Counted from the first letter of the stretch, positions 40,644 through 51,477 are shown. The stretch is DNA of 64,000 nucleotides from Cyanophyceae cyanobacterium (GCA_038321985.1 JBBQFN010000021.1:1-64000), one strand, 5' to 3'. The notes: a model not told the origin generated them from the letters alone. Program-made: numbers and translations.

Positions 40644-40834
40644 TTCAGGGATTTTAATCTCAGTTTTTGCCGGTTTATAGTTATAAATTGTAGCAGTTAC
40701 TCTGCCAATTATCGGCTTTTTATAAAAAATAATTCTGGAGGAAAAAATGAGGCAGAGTGTCTAGTTTGCCATTCCCACAGCCGATTTTAGGAACGAGTTA
40801 AATTTTGAAAAATGGCCGATCGCAGACCATCTTT

Positions 40835-41362
40835 TTAAGGCGATCGCCCAGTCGTTGATGCCGCCATACTCTGCACCGAATCTGACGGTTTAAAATAACC
40901 CCTCATTGGATGAAGGGTCAAACTCTCCCCTTCCAGCATTTGAATCACCAGATTTTCCCCATCAACCGTCATCCCAATTCCCTGATCCGGTAAATCGTCA
41001 CTGAATCGAATAGAACCCCCGGGATTAAACAGCAGCACTTTCTCTTGAGTCAGAACCGCTATTACATCAGCGATCGCCACCATTTGAACCAGATAATCAG
41101 TAAACCCTAAAGCAACAATAATCCGACCCTCATCGAGACTAATTGCAGCTAACTGTTGATCAACCCCAATCCAGACAGTCCGGCAGTCGGGCGATCGCAC
41201 AATAATAGGTTCAAGGAGATCGCTTCTCCAACTCAATGCATAGCATCCCAACGGAACCCCCAAGTCAATCGCGGCAAACTTTTGAGCGCAATCATGGGAA
41301 ATAACTCGCCGACATCGGTCAATTTTATAAAAATCTAATTCAGTAATGGCTGAGATTTGCAT
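40835..41362 (-). CDS. Hypothetical protein (beta-rich)
   Basis: 175-aa ORF co-oriented with its neighbours; no recognised motif. Confidence 0.6.
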   Translation of the reverse strand: MQISAITELDFYKIDRCRRVISHDCAQKFAAIDLGVPLGCYALSWRSDLLEPIIVRSPDCRTVWIGVDQQLAAISLDEGRIIVALGFTDYLVQMVAIADVIAVLTQEKVLLFNPGGSIRFSDDLPDQGIGMTVDGENLVIQMLEGESLTLHPMRGYFKPSDSVQSMAASTTGRSP

Positions 41363-41448
41363 AAGCTGTTCGGCATTTAAAGGCGAAAAATATGCGACAC
41401 TCCAAGAGTTGGATAATTTTCTACTTCATGAAAGAACTTTTATCAGCA

Positions 41449-41781
41449 TCATGTCCAAGCAAACTCTGTATGCTGACGCATTTTAGGTTCTTGGAACGCC
41501 AATACAATATCTTGCTTAGGGACTCCGGAACGAATTAATTCATTAGCAATTCCCTCTTCAGTCCAGTCCTCTTCAATCCAAAATTTACCGTCGCGAATCC
41601 TAACATAAACCGTCATTTCATTAATGCGATCACCTTTTTCCCAGCCCAGATTCATCCAGATATAATGATGCTTGACCTGATCTACAATTAAAAAACTATC
41701 AAAATTGGGATTGGGACGGCGATTGCACAACTCAATATGCTCGTTTAAAATCCCCTCAATTAATTGGGGATATTCACTCAT
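41449..41781 (-). CDS. XisI family protein (no xisH adjacent)
   Basis: HY...GW, GKFWIEEDWTEEGIA and GVPKQDIVLAF motifs; ATG at 41781 preferred. Confidence 0.9.
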   Translation of the reverse strand: MSEYPQLIEGILNEHIELCNRRPNPNFDSFLIVDQVKHHYIWMNLGWEKGDRINEMTVYVRIRDGKFWIEEDWTEEGIANELIRSGVPKQDIVLAFQEPKMRQHTEFAWT

Positions 41782-41913
41782 TCTATTAAAATCCCTCAAT
41801 TCATCCCCTCCGTGAAAATCTGTGTAATCCGTGGTTCATCCCTCCCCAAATCAGAGGAATTCTGGATGAAACAGAACCTCCCCGTAGTTATCCGGTACAT
41901 CAGAAAGTGGAGT

Positions 41914-42147
41914 CTATGAACTAATACTAAACTCATAAACCGGAGTTTCTATAACTCGCTTAGGTTTTTCTTGTCCCCCAATCAGTTTCTGAATTCGCTC
42001 TCCTGTCTCCGGAGAAAAGAACGATTCCCCCGTTTCTTCACAAACTCGGGCGGGGACATTTTCAATCATAAAAAATTTGCCATTCACTTCTAAAGTGTAA
42101 GTTACCCTTTTTTCTATCAATATTTCTTGGGTAAAATTATCAGCCAT
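41914..42147 (-). CDS. YgiT/MqsA-type zinc-finger-like protein (putative antitoxin)
   Basis: IENVPARVCEETGE motif. Confidence 0.85.
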   Translation of the reverse strand: MADNFTQEILIEKRVTYTLEVNGKFFMIENVPARVCEETGESFFSPETGERIQKLIGGQEKPKRVIETPVYEFSISS

Positions 42148-42149
42148 GA

Positions 42150-42230
42150 TTAAGGGTTCTTTGTTTAAAAATTAATCCATAGATTTATATGGGGTTCATA
42201 GAGCGTAACGATAAAATCAGGTAATTTAGT
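42150..42230 (-). pseudogene. 3' remnant of a DUF4258-type toxin gene
   Basis: Translates FIVTLYEPHINLWINF*, resembling the ITxYEP...W..F C-terminus of DUF4258 proteins that normally precede YgiT-type genes. Confidence 0.65.
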
Positions 42231-42770
42231 TCACATTTCAAACTCATCCTCATCTTCCTCCTCTTCAGCTTCATAACCGGGGTGAAGGTTCATGAAATTG
42301 CGAACAAGACGAAGACCTAACTGGTCATCGTTTATACCAAATTTTTCTGCTAGTCTGGCAAATGTATCTCGTTCTTCTACGCTACTAAAATTGATAAATA
42401 ATGTTTTAGGACGAGAATCGGAAGAAGAGACTAGCCAAATCTGAGTCAGATTATAATCACCTTTAGTTGTAGGCGAAAGTTGGGCTATAAATTCTGCTTT
42501 GCAGTAGCGAAAAGAGCGATGCTCTTGCGATGAATCAATATATGGATTGTATTTGTCATCCAATCGGCGAGATGCCTCTTCATAGGTACATCCTAAACCT
42601 TTCGTAACTTTTGCTTTAACGTCGTGTTGTAGCCAAACCTTATCAAATAAGCTAATCAAATCTTCGTTACTCATTTTTCGCCGCGTATCATAGTCTACAG
42701 AAAATAGTTTATTCACCCCCCACAATCTGGTTATCCGAATTTTAGCGTCATCTTGGACTGAAATTACCAT
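42231..42770 (-). CDS. Hypothetical protein, possible C-terminal ribbon-helix-helix, acidic tail
   Basis: 179-aa AT-rich ORF without HIP1; KTLFINF strand followed by two predicted helices. Confidence 0.65.
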   Translation of the reverse strand: MVISVQDDAKIRITRLWGVNKLFSVDYDTRRKMSNEDLISLFDKVWLQHDVKAKVTKGLGCTYEEASRRLDDKYNPYIDSSQEHRSFRYCKAEFIAQLSPTTKGDYNLTQIWLVSSSDSRPKTLFINFSSVEERDTFARLAEKFGINDDQLGLRLVRNFMNLHPGYEAEEEEDEDEFEM

Positions 42771-42799
42771 AAACTACTTCCAACTTAACAACAAATAGT

Positions 42800-42824
42800 A
42801 GGAGGGCAGGCAACTGCCCTCCCC
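42800..42824 (-). terminator. gltB terminator-like hairpin
   Basis: GGAGGGCAG-gcaa-CTGCCCTCC. Confidence 0.7.
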
Positions 42825-42833
42825 TATTATCTC

Positions 42834-45800
42834 CTAACTACCCCCAATCCGGGCAACATCTCGGGCATTCTGTTCAAACGCTGCATCCAAGGCATCATCG
42901 CCGCTTAAACCGGACGCTAATGCACTTTCCAACGCTTGTAACACCCGCTTGTAATCCCGTGGCATCACCTTCACAAACTTGGGAACCATCTCCTCCCAGT
43001 TTGCTAACACTTCTGCCGCTTTGGGACTGTTGGTATAATCCGCGTGTTTCTGGATCATCTCGCGGACGATCGCAATTTCACTGGGTTCTTCCAACTTCTC
43101 CATATCCGCCATCTGCGTATTACACCGGGTGGCGAAATCTCCCACTTCGTCTAGGATGTAGGCAACTCCGCCACTCATCCCGGCAGCAAAGTTCCGTCCG
43201 GCAGGTCCGATGACGACGACTTTACCGCCAGTCATATACTCACATCCGTGGTCCCCGACGCCTTCGACAACCGCATGAACTCCCGAGTTGCGGACAGCGA
43301 ACCGTTCCCCGGCAATCCCCGACAGATATAGTTCCCCACTGGTTGCACCATAAAGGGTGACGTTCCCAGCAATGATGTTCTCATGGGGGACTAAGGTCGA
43401 TTTCTTGGACGGATAAACGATAATCTTGCCGCCACTGAGTCCTTTGCCGATGTAATCGTTGCCGTCTCCTTCCAGTTCAAGGGTGACTCCTTTGGGTACA
43501 AAGGCCCCAAAACTTTGTCCCGCACTTCCTTGGAAATGCAGGTGAATCGTGCCATCTGGCAATCCATCCCAATGTTTCTTGGTGATTTCGTTGCCGAGGA
43601 TAGTACCGACGACGCGGTTAATGTTGGTAATCGGCAGGATTGCTTTGACTTTTTCGCCGTTGTCGATCGCACCTTTGCACAGATCCAACAACACTGTCAT
43701 ATCCAAGGACTTTTCTAATCCGTGGTCCTGGGGAATTTGGCAATACCGACCCACTTCCGGACCCACTTCCGGTTGATACAGAATCTTGGAAAGGTCAATT
43801 CCTTTCGCTTTCCAATGGTCCACTGCCTTCTTCGGTTCCAGCAAGTCTGTCCGTCCCACCATTTCAGTGAGAGTGCGGAACCCAAGCTGGGCCATGATTT
43901 CCCGCAGTTCTTGGGCGATAAATTTCATGAAGTTGGCCGCATATTCGGGGTCTCCCATGAATTTGGCCCGCAGTTGCGGATCTTGGGTAGCAATTCCCAC
44001 GGGACAGGTGTTTTTATGACAGACGCGCATCATAATACAGCCCAAAGTGACCAAAGGTGCGGTGGAAAATCCGTATTCTTCGGCACCGAGTAAGGCAGCG
44101 ATCGCCACGTCCCGTCCTGTCTTCATTTGTCCATCGGTTTCCACCACAATCCGACTCCGCAGATTGTTTAAAACCAGGGTTTGATGGGTTTCCGCCAATC
44201 CTAACTCCCAGGGTAAACCGGCGTGTTTAATCGAGGTTTGCGGCGATGCACCCGTTCCGCCATCAAATCCGGAGACGAGGACTACATCGGCGTGTGCCTT
44301 AGCAACCCCAGCAGCGATGGTTCCCACACCGACTTCTGAAACTAACTTAACGTTAATTCGGGCGTTGCGGTTGGCATTTTTCAGGTCATGAATCAACTCT
44401 GCCAAGTCTTCGATGGAGTAGATATCATGGTGAGGCGGGGGAGAAATCAACCCGACTCCGGGGGTGGAGTGGCGCACTTTGGCAATCCAGGGATAGACTT
44501 TCAATCCAGGTAATTGTCCCCCTTCTCCGGGTTTAGCACCTTGTGCCATTTTAATTTGAAGTTCCTTCGCCTGTGAGAGATACAAGCTAGTCACGCCAAA
44601 CCGTCCGGAAGCAACCTGCTTGATTGCACTATTTTTGGAGTCGCCCTGTTCGTTGGTCCAAGTATAACGCTCGGGGTCTTCACCACCTTCTCCGGTGTTG
44701 GATTTGCCACCGACTCGGTTCATGGCGATCGCCAAGGATTCGTGCGCCTCTTTAGAAATCGAACCATAGCTCATCGCGCCGGTTTTGAACCGTTTCATGA
44801 TGCTTTCAATCGGTTCTACTTCTTCTAAGGGAATCGGTTCCTGTACCTTAAACTCCAGCAATCCGCGCAAGGTGAAGAACTTCTGATTTTGTTCATTCAC
44901 TTTGGCGGCATACTTTTTATAAAGTTCGTAATTGCCCTCACGGGTTGCTTGTTGCAAGGCGTGAATGATTTCCGGACTCAATAAGTGAGCTTCCCCGCCT
45001 TTGCGCCATTGATATTCACCACCAACATCTAAAGTGTGACCATTGGCATCGCGATCGGGGAAGGCGTGAGAATGACGCATGATAGTTTCATGGGCGATCG
45101 CCTCTAAATCCACCCCTTCAATTCGGGAAGCAGTCCAGGTAAAATACCGACTAATCACCGACTGATTCAACCCGATCGCCTCAAAAATCTGTGCGCCGCG
45201 ATAGCTTTGAATCGTCGAAATCCCAATCTTCGAGGCAATTTTCACCACCCCTTTGGTCACCGCTTTGATGTAATTCTTGACAGCGGTTTTATACTCCACA
45301 TTCACGAGTAATTTCTCGCGAATCATATCATCAATGGTTTCAAAGGCGAGATAGGGATTAATCGCCCCACAACCATATCCAATCAAGGCGGCGAAATGAT
45401 GCACTTCCCGAGGTTCGCCAGATTCTAGCACTAATCCCACCTGGGTGCGAGTGCCTTCGCGAATCAGATGGTGATGCAGTCCAGCAACCGCCAATAATGC
45501 CGGAATCCCTGCCTTTTCTCGGTTCGTCCCGCGATCGCTGAGGATGAGGATATTTGTACCGGAGGCGATCGCCTGAGTTGCCTGAGCAAAAATCGCTTCC
45601 AGGGCCGCTTCCAATCCCTTTACCCCGGTAGTCGGGTCAAATAACATCGGGATGGTTGTGGATTTAAACGCCCCTTCATTCACTGCCTTGAGTTTTGCCA
45701 AGTCTTCATCGGTGAGAACCGGGGTTTTTAACTCAATTAAATTGCAGCTTTTTGCAGTCGGTTTAAGGAGATTTCGTTCCGCCCCAATCGTCGTTTCTGC

Positions 45801-47423
45801 CGAGGTAACAATTTCCTCCCGAATTGAGTCAATCGGCGGATTTGTAACTTGTGCAAACAATTGTTGGAAATAGTCATACAGCAATTTCGGGCGATCGCTT
45901 AACACCGCCAACGGCGTATCCGTTCCCATCGACCCGATCGCCTCCACGCCATTGGTCGCCATTGGCGTCATCAACAGGCGCAATTCCTCAAAGGTGTACC
46001 CGAACGCCATTTGTCGCTGAATCAACGGCACCGGGTCAATTTCCCGCAATTGGGGAGCATCTTTCAGTTGAGAAAGGGCGACCAAATTCTCATCAATCCA
46101 CTGTTGATAGGGATGTTCGCTGACAATTTGGGTTTTGATTTCTTCATCGGAAATAATCCGACCCTGTTTCATATCAACTAAGAACATCCGACCCGGTTGC
46201 AGGCGACCTTTATAGGCGACTCGTTCCGGTTCAATCGGTAAAACCCCAGCTTCCGAGGCCATAATCACTAAATCGTCCTTAGTGACGTAATAGCGAGAGG
46301 GACGTAACCCATTGCGATCGAGGACTGCCCCCATCATCGTCCCATCAGTAAAGGCGATCGATGCCGGACCATCCCAGGGTTCCATCAAGCAAGAATGGTA
46401 CTTGTAGAACGCCTTTTTCTCGGGACTCATGGACTCATGGGCCGTCCAGGGTTCTGGAATCATCATCATCACCGCATGAGGCAAGGAACGCCCAGACAGG
46501 AACAGCATTTCCAAAGCATTATCGAAAATAGCCGAGTCACTGCCTTCTAAGTCAATCACCGGATGCAGCTTTTTCAGGTCCTCGCCAAACAGTTCCGACT
46601 CAAACAGGGACTCCCGGGCGTGCATCCAGTTGATATTGCCCCGTAACGTATTGATTTCCCCATTATGGGCAATGTAGCGATAGGGGTGAGACCGTTCCCA
46701 ACTGGGGAAAGTGTTGGTACTGAAGCGGGAATGCACCAGGGCCAGGGCACTTTCCATCGTCTCATCATGGAGTTCCGGGAAATAGTCGCCCACCTGTACC
46801 GGCATCAACATCCCTTTATAAACCAGGGTCCGGCAGGAGAGACTACAAACATACCAGAACGAATCCAATTCACTGATATGGATTTCCCGTTCTGCCCGTT
46901 TGCGGATGACATATAACTTGCGATCGAACGCCAAATCATCAGTAATATTGGCACTGCGTTGGATGAACACCTGGGAAATAAAGGGTTCGCTGGATTTAGC
47001 CGTATTCCCCAAAGAGGAGTGATCCGTCGGCACATCCCGCCATCCTAAAACCTTCTGCCCTTCCTCAGCGACAATTTTTTCAAATAGCTGCCTACTTTTC
47101 TGACGAATAGCAGGGTCCGGAGAGCAAAAGATGTTTCCCACGCCATATTCCCCGGCATCTGGCAGGGAGATATTTTCTGCTGCGGCAACTTTTTTCAGGA
47201 AAGCATCCGGGACTTGGATTAAGATTCCGGCACCATCCCCGGTATTATTTTCGCAACCACAAGCACCCCGGTGGTCCAGATTGAGGAGAATCGTCAGGGC
47301 CTGTTCAACGATTGAGTGCGATTTCTGACCTTTTTGATGAACAATAAAGCCAACACCGCAAGCATCGTGTTCAAACTGAGGGTCATAAAGGCCCTGTTTT
47401 TGTGGCAGTTTTTGATGGTTCAT
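42834..47423 (-). CDS. gltB: Glutamate synthase large subunit
   Basis: [41 protein letters not shown] and GXGXG domain. Confidence 0.97.
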   Translation of the reverse strand: MNHQKLPQKQGLYDPQFEHDACGVGFIVHQKGQKSHSIVEQALTILLNLDHRGACGCENNTGDGAGILIQVPDAFLKKVAAAENISLPDAGEYGVGNIFCSPDPAIRQKSRQLFEKIVAEEGQKVLGWRDVPTDHSSLGNTAKSSEPFISQVFIQRSANITDDLAFDRKLYVIRKRAEREIHISELDSFWYVCSLSCRTLVYKGMLMPVQVGDYFPELHDETMESALALVHSRFSTNTFPSWERSHPYRYIAHNGEINTLRGNINWMHARESLFESELFGEDLKKLHPVIDLEGSDSAIFDNALEMLFLSGRSLPHAVMMMIPEPWTAHESMSPEKKAFYKYHSCLMEPWDGPASIAFTDGTMMGAVLDRNGLRPSRYYVTKDDLVIMASEAGVLPIEPERVAYKGRLQPGRMFLVDMKQGRIISDEEIKTQIVSEHPYQQWIDENLVALSQLKDAPQLREIDPVPLIQRQMAFGYTFEELRLLMTPMATNGVEAIGSMGTDTPLAVLSDRPKLLYDYFQQLFAQVTNPPIDSIREEIVTSAETTIGAERNLLKPTAKSCNLIELKTPVLTDEDLAKLKAVNEGAFKSTTIPMLFDPTTGVKGLEAALEAIFAQATQAIASGTNILILSDRGTNREKAGIPALLAVAGLHHHLIREGTRTQVGLVLESGEPREVHHFAALIGYGCGAINPYLAFETIDDMIREKLLVNVEYKTAVKNYIKAVTKGVVKIASKIGISTIQSYRGAQIFEAIGLNQSVISRYFTWTASRIEGVDLEAIAHETIMRHSHAFPDRDANGHTLDVGGEYQWRKGGEAHLLSPEIIHALQQATREGNYELYKKYAAKVNEQNQKFFTLRGLLEFKVQEPIPLEEVEPIESIMKRFKTGAMSYGSISKEAHESLAIAMNRVGGKSNTGEGGEDPERYTWTNEQGDSKNSAIKQVASGRFGVTSLYLSQAKELQIKMAQGAKPGEGGQLPGLKVYPWIAKVRHSTPGVGLISPPPHHDIYSIEDLAELIHDLKNANRNARINVKLVSEVGVGTIAAGVAKAHADVVLVSGFDGGTGASPQTSIKHAGLPWELGLAETHQTLVLNNLRSRIVVETDGQMKTGRDVAIAALLGAEEYGFSTAPLVTLGCIMMRVCHKNTCPVGIATQDPQLRAKFMGDPEYAANFMKFIAQELREIMAQLGFRTLTEMVGRTDLLEPKKAVDHWKAKGIDLSKILYQPEVGPEVGRYCQIPQDHGLEKSLDMTVLLDLCKGAIDNGEKVKAILPITNINRVVGTILGNEITKKHWDGLPDGTIHLHFQGSAGQSFGAFVPKGVTLELEGDGNDYIGKGLSGGKIIVYPSKKSTLVPHENIIAGNVTLYGATSGELYLSGIAGERFAVRNSGVHAVVEGVGDHGCEYMTGGKVVVIGPAGRNFAAGMSGGVAYILDEVGDFATRCNTQMADMEKLEEPSEIAIVREMIQKHADYTNSPKAAEVLANWEEMVPKFVKVMPRDYKRVLQALESALASGLSGDDALDAAFEQNARDVARIGGS

Positions 47424-48009
47424 AAATCTCGTTTAGGATGGAAAATCAGGTAAAAAGCCCGGTCACGATTAAGGGCCCGCAGCTTTAGGATGGGCTTTGG
47501 GATGTTGAGTCAAAGAAATCCTACCGGAGTAGGGGCGAGTTGCGATGAACCGTGCAGGGGTCTGAGTATGTTGGCGATACGGGACCGGACGGGATGCAAC
47601 GGCAGGGTGTGACGGTTAACTGTTTCGTGAGTTTGGGTTTAGGGATTCTAACCAAGGTCTGATGATTTTTAGTCAAAAAGACGCTATGGTATTCGTTCTT
47701 AAGGAAAATTCTAACGGATCTACTCTGAAGCGCTGAATCAGTTTTCTATGGTTTTTTGACATTTCCCACGAGAGAATCAGGGTTTGAGAGGGAATTCGCG
47801 TTTCTTTGACAAAATTTAACAGTTGGAAAGGGGCGAGCAGTTGTGGGATGAGGGGCGCAAGACCCGATCGGGAAAATTGTATCCGAACTCATCCGTAGCC
47901 GCGCCCCTCATGGAAGAGTTTAATCGCAACGAGCCTGAGAAACCCATGAAAATAGACCCACAGGCGCGGTAAGATTGTACTATGAGACCCATCCGGCATC
48001 CTCCTACGC

Positions 48010-51000
48010 ATGAGCGGAACCCCGAAAGATATCAATCCCCGCAAATCTGCCGAAGCTGCCTTAGATGAGAGTCAGCGCCGGTATCAAACTCTGGCCGAAG
48101 CGTCCCCGGTCTGTATTTTTCATACCGATGCTCAGGGGAATTGTCTCTATGTCAACCAGCGCTGGAGTGACTTGACGGGACTCTCCTCAGAACAGGCGAT
48201 CGGCAAAAGTTGGATTGCTAATCTACATCCCGATGACTTCAAACGGGTGCAAGCTGAATGGTTTTTAGCCGCAGAAACTCGGATCCCGTTTAAGTCGGAA
48301 TATCGGTTTGTTCGTCCCGATGGCATAGTGGTCTGGGCGATCGGTCAAGCGGTAGCAGAAATTGCAGATGACGGCACCGTGAAAGGTTATCTAGGCACGA
48401 TTACTGATATCAGCGAGCGCAAACGGGCGGAAATTGCCTTGCAGCAGCAGCTTAAACGGGAACGCCTAGTGAGTTCCATCCAGGAACGGATTCGCTCTTC
48501 CCTCAACCTTGAAGAAGTTCTAGAAACTGCTGTCAACGAAGTTCGTGGATTTTTGGCTACCGATCGCATTGTGATTTACCGCTTTAATCCGGACTGGAGT
48601 GGGGTAATTGCGGTTGAGTCGGTCGGTTCTGACTGGATGTCTGTTAAAGGGATCGAAATCGAAGACCGTTGCTTCATTGAAACCCATATTCCCCTCTACG
48701 CTCAAGGTCGAATTCGGACGATTGATAATATTCAAACCTCCGGACTCTCGGACTGCCACATTGAACTCCTCAGTCAGTTTGCCGTTAAAGCCAATCTAGT
48801 CGTTCCCCTCAGGCAAGGCGAAGAACTCTGGGGATTACTCATTGCTCATCACTGTAGCAGTGAAAGACAATGGCATGAATCGGAAATTGAATCCCTGCGT
48901 CAGCTTTCAGTGCAACTTTCTATTGCCATTCAACAATGCACGCTGTTTGAACAAGCTAAAACTGAACTGATTGAACGCAAACGGGCTGAAGATGCCCTTC
49001 GTTTCAGTGAGGAACGGTTTAAATTAGCCGTATCGGGTACGAATGATGGGATTTGGGATTGGGATTTAACAACTCACCAAATTTATTACTCGCCGGTGTG
49101 GATGCAAATTTTAGGGTATGAAGAGGGGGAATTACCCTCCCTGGTCAGCACTTGGTTTAACAAGGTTCACCCAGAGGATTTGTCGGTTGCAATGCAAACT
49201 CTACAAGATCATGTGCAAGGGCAAAATCCGGTTTCCTATTATCATACCCACCGTATGAAACGAAAAGATGAGGGGTGGATTTGGGTAGAAGTCAAGGGAA
49301 AATGTATCCGGAATGAAGAGGGAAAAGCATACCGCCTGACGGGGACTTTAACGGATATTACTCAGCGTAAAAAAGCCGAAGAAGCCTTACAAGAAAGTGT
49401 CCAACGAGAACGAGCGCTTTCCCAGGTGATTCAACGGATGCGCCAAACTTTGGATCTGGAAACGATTTTTGCAGCAACAACTCGGGAATTGCGCCAGGTG
49501 CTCAAGTGCGATCGCGTTTTAGTTCATCATTTCCATGCCGATTGGCGGGGTGAGGTGGTTGCCGAATCCACAGGTCCTGAATGGATTTCTTTAATGGAAA
49601 CACTCCAGGATGCACCGGAAAGTTCTTTGGAAGGGAACGGGGATGACTCTGATTCCCTAGAGGAAGAGGAGTTTGGGCTGGAAGATTCTTATATGCAAGC
49701 CGCCCGCACTGATGAGTGGAATTTAGGATTGACTTATCTAGCGGTGGAAAATGTGTACAATGCGGGTTTTGATGAGTCTTACCTTGAAGTTTTAGAGAAG
49801 TTTCAAGCCCAAGCCTATATCATTGTCCCCATTTTTTCGGGGAATAAACTCTGGGGATTATTGGCAAGTTATCAAAATAGCGGTCCTCGCCACTGGAAAG
49901 AAGCAGAAATCAAGGTTGTGGTTCAAATTGGGAATCAGTTGGGAGTGGCTTTACAGCAAGCTGAGTTACTCGAAAAAACTCAGCGGCAATCTCACGCTTT
50001 GCAAAAAGCGGCCCTGGCTGCGGATGCGGCAAACCGGGCTAAAAGTGAATTTCTCGCCAATATGAGCCACGAATTGCGAACGCCTCTGAATGCGATTCTC
50101 GGGTTCACCCAAGTGATGGCTCGCGATTCGTCTTTGAAACCGGAAAATCACGAGCATTTGAAAATTATTAATCGGGCCGGGGGACATCTTTTAGCGCTGA
50201 TTAATGACATTTTAGAAATGTCAAAAATTGAAGCAGGAAGAACGAATTTTAATCCTGTTAATTTTGATTTAATCAATTTGTTAAAATCTCTAGATGATAT
50301 GTTCCAGCTTAAGGCCGCTTCTAAGCATTTAAAGATTGTTTTTGAGGGCTGTAATACCCTGCCTCAGTTTGTCAAGACGGATGAGAGTAAGTTGCGTCAG
50401 GTCCTGATCAATATTGTGGGTAATGCGATTAAGTTTACCGAAACCGGTCGCGTCGTTCTCCGGGTCCGTCTCCAAACGCAATCCAATCGACTCAATCCGG
50501 GGGAAGATGATTCCCCGGATTCGGATTCCTCGGGTCAATACTTATATTTTGAAGTAGAAGATACGGGCCCAGGTATTGCCCCCGATGAAATGCCGAAATT
50601 GTTTGAACCCTTTGGGCAGACGGAAACCGGGCGTAAATCCCAGCAAGGGACGGGACTAGGTTTACCGATTAGTCAAAAATTCGTACAATTGATGGGAGGT
50701 GATATTCAGGTTACCAGTACACCGGGTCAAGGAACGGTGTTTGCATTTGCTGTCAAAATTTCCCTGAGTCATGAGGCGGAGGTTCAAACCCGCCAACCCA
50801 AGCGCCGAGTAGTCGCGATCGCTGGAAATGTCACTGAATCTCGCATTTTAATCGTGGATGATGCTTTTGACAGCCGTCTATTGTTGATGACGATGTTAAA
50901 ATTTGTGGGATTTCAAGTACAAGAAGCGGAGAATGGGCAAGAGGCGATCGCGGTTTATGAAAGTTGGAAACCTCACTTAATTTTAATGGATATGCAAATG

Positions 51001-51477
51001 CCAGTCATGGATGGTTATGAAGCCACCCGAAAAATAAAAAGTACAGTTCAGGGTCAACAAATAACTATTGTTGCTTTAACTGCTAGTGCTTTTGAAGAAG
51101 AACGAAAAATGATTTTAGATGCCGGTTGCGATGACTTCATTCGTAAGCCGTTTCAAGAAGAATTTTTGCTGGAAATCATCGGCCAGCATCTGAAGATTGA
51201 CTATATTTTTGAAGATCTTCCCCCGGACTCGATCCGACAACTCCAGGACAGCCCCGAACAAAGTTATACCCTATCGCCCCAGGCTTTACAAGTTATGCCC
51301 CCGAGTTGGCTGACCGAGCTTTATGATGCTGCAATGCAGTGTAGTGATGAATTAATTTTGACTTTACTCAAAGACATTCCCCCGGACCTGGCCCCTTTAT
51401 CCCACGCTCTAGCTGAGTTAGCCAATAACTACCAGTTTGACCTCATCGAGGAATTACTTTCACAGGAGGCCAAATGA
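48010..51477 (+). CDS. Cyanobacteriochrome hybrid kinase PAS-GAF(DXCF)-PAS-GAF-HisKA-HATPase-REC plus helical tail; 5' end eroded
   Basis: GAF1 has DRCF and CH; MSHELRTPL; C-terminal REC. Confidence 0.9.
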   Translation: MSGTPKDINPRKSAEAALDESQRRYQTLAEASPVCIFHTDAQGNCLYVNQRWSDLTGLSSEQAIGKSWIANLHPDDFKRVQAEWFLAAETRIPFKSEYRFVRPDGIVVWAIGQAVAEIADDGTVKGYLGTITDISERKRAEIALQQQLKRERLVSSIQERIRSSLNLEEVLETAVNEVRGFLATDRIVIYRFNPDWSGVIAVESVGSDWMSVKGIEIEDRCFIETHIPLYAQGRIRTIDNIQTSGLSDCHIELLSQFAVKANLVVPLRQGEELWGLLIAHHCSSERQWHESEIESLRQLSVQLSIAIQQCTLFEQAKTELIERKRAEDALRFSEERFKLAVSGTNDGIWDWDLTTHQIYYSPVWMQILGYEEGELPSLVSTWFNKVHPEDLSVAMQTLQDHVQGQNPVSYYHTHRMKRKDEGWIWVEVKGKCIRNEEGKAYRLTGTLTDITQRKKAEEALQESVQRERALSQVIQRMRQTLDLETIFAATTRELRQVLKCDRVLVHHFHADWRGEVVAESTGPEWISLMETLQDAPESSLEGNGDDSDSLEEEEFGLEDSYMQAARTDEWNLGLTYLAVENVYNAGFDESYLEVLEKFQAQAYIIVPIFSGNKLWGLLASYQNSGPRHWKEAEIKVVVQIGNQLGVALQQAELLEKTQRQSHALQKAALAADAANRAKSEFLANMSHELRTPLNAILGFTQVMARDSSLKPENHEHLKIINRAGGHLLALINDILEMSKIEAGRTNFNPVNFDLINLLKSLDDMFQLKAASKHLKIVFEGCNTLPQFVKTDESKLRQVLINIVGNAIKFTETGRVVLRVRLQTQSNRLNPGEDDSPDSDSSGQYLYFEVEDTGPGIAPDEMPKLFEPFGQTETGRKSQQGTGLGLPISQKFVQLMGGDIQVTSTPGQGTVFAFAVKISLSHEAEVQTRQPKRRVVAIAGNVTESRILIVDDAFDSRLLLMTMLKFVGFQVQEAENGQEAIAVYESWKPHLILMDMQMPVMDGYEATRKIKSTVQGQQITIVALTASAFEEERKMILDAGCDDFIRKPFQEEFLLEIIGQHLKIDYIFEDLPPDSIRQLQDSPEQSYTLSPQALQVMPPSWLTELYDAAMQCSDELILTLLKDIPPDLAPLSHALAELANNYQFDLIEELLSQEAK

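Noticed and set aside
47566..47580. NtcA-like site GTA...TAC upstream of gltB
   Set aside because: Spacer is 9 nt rather than the required 8
47424..47950. Riboswitch or ncRNA in the long gltB leader (includes inverted repeat ATGAGGGGCGC/GCGCCCCTCAT)
   Set aside because: No glutamine riboswitch or other Rfam consensus recognisable by eye; a covariance-model search would be needed
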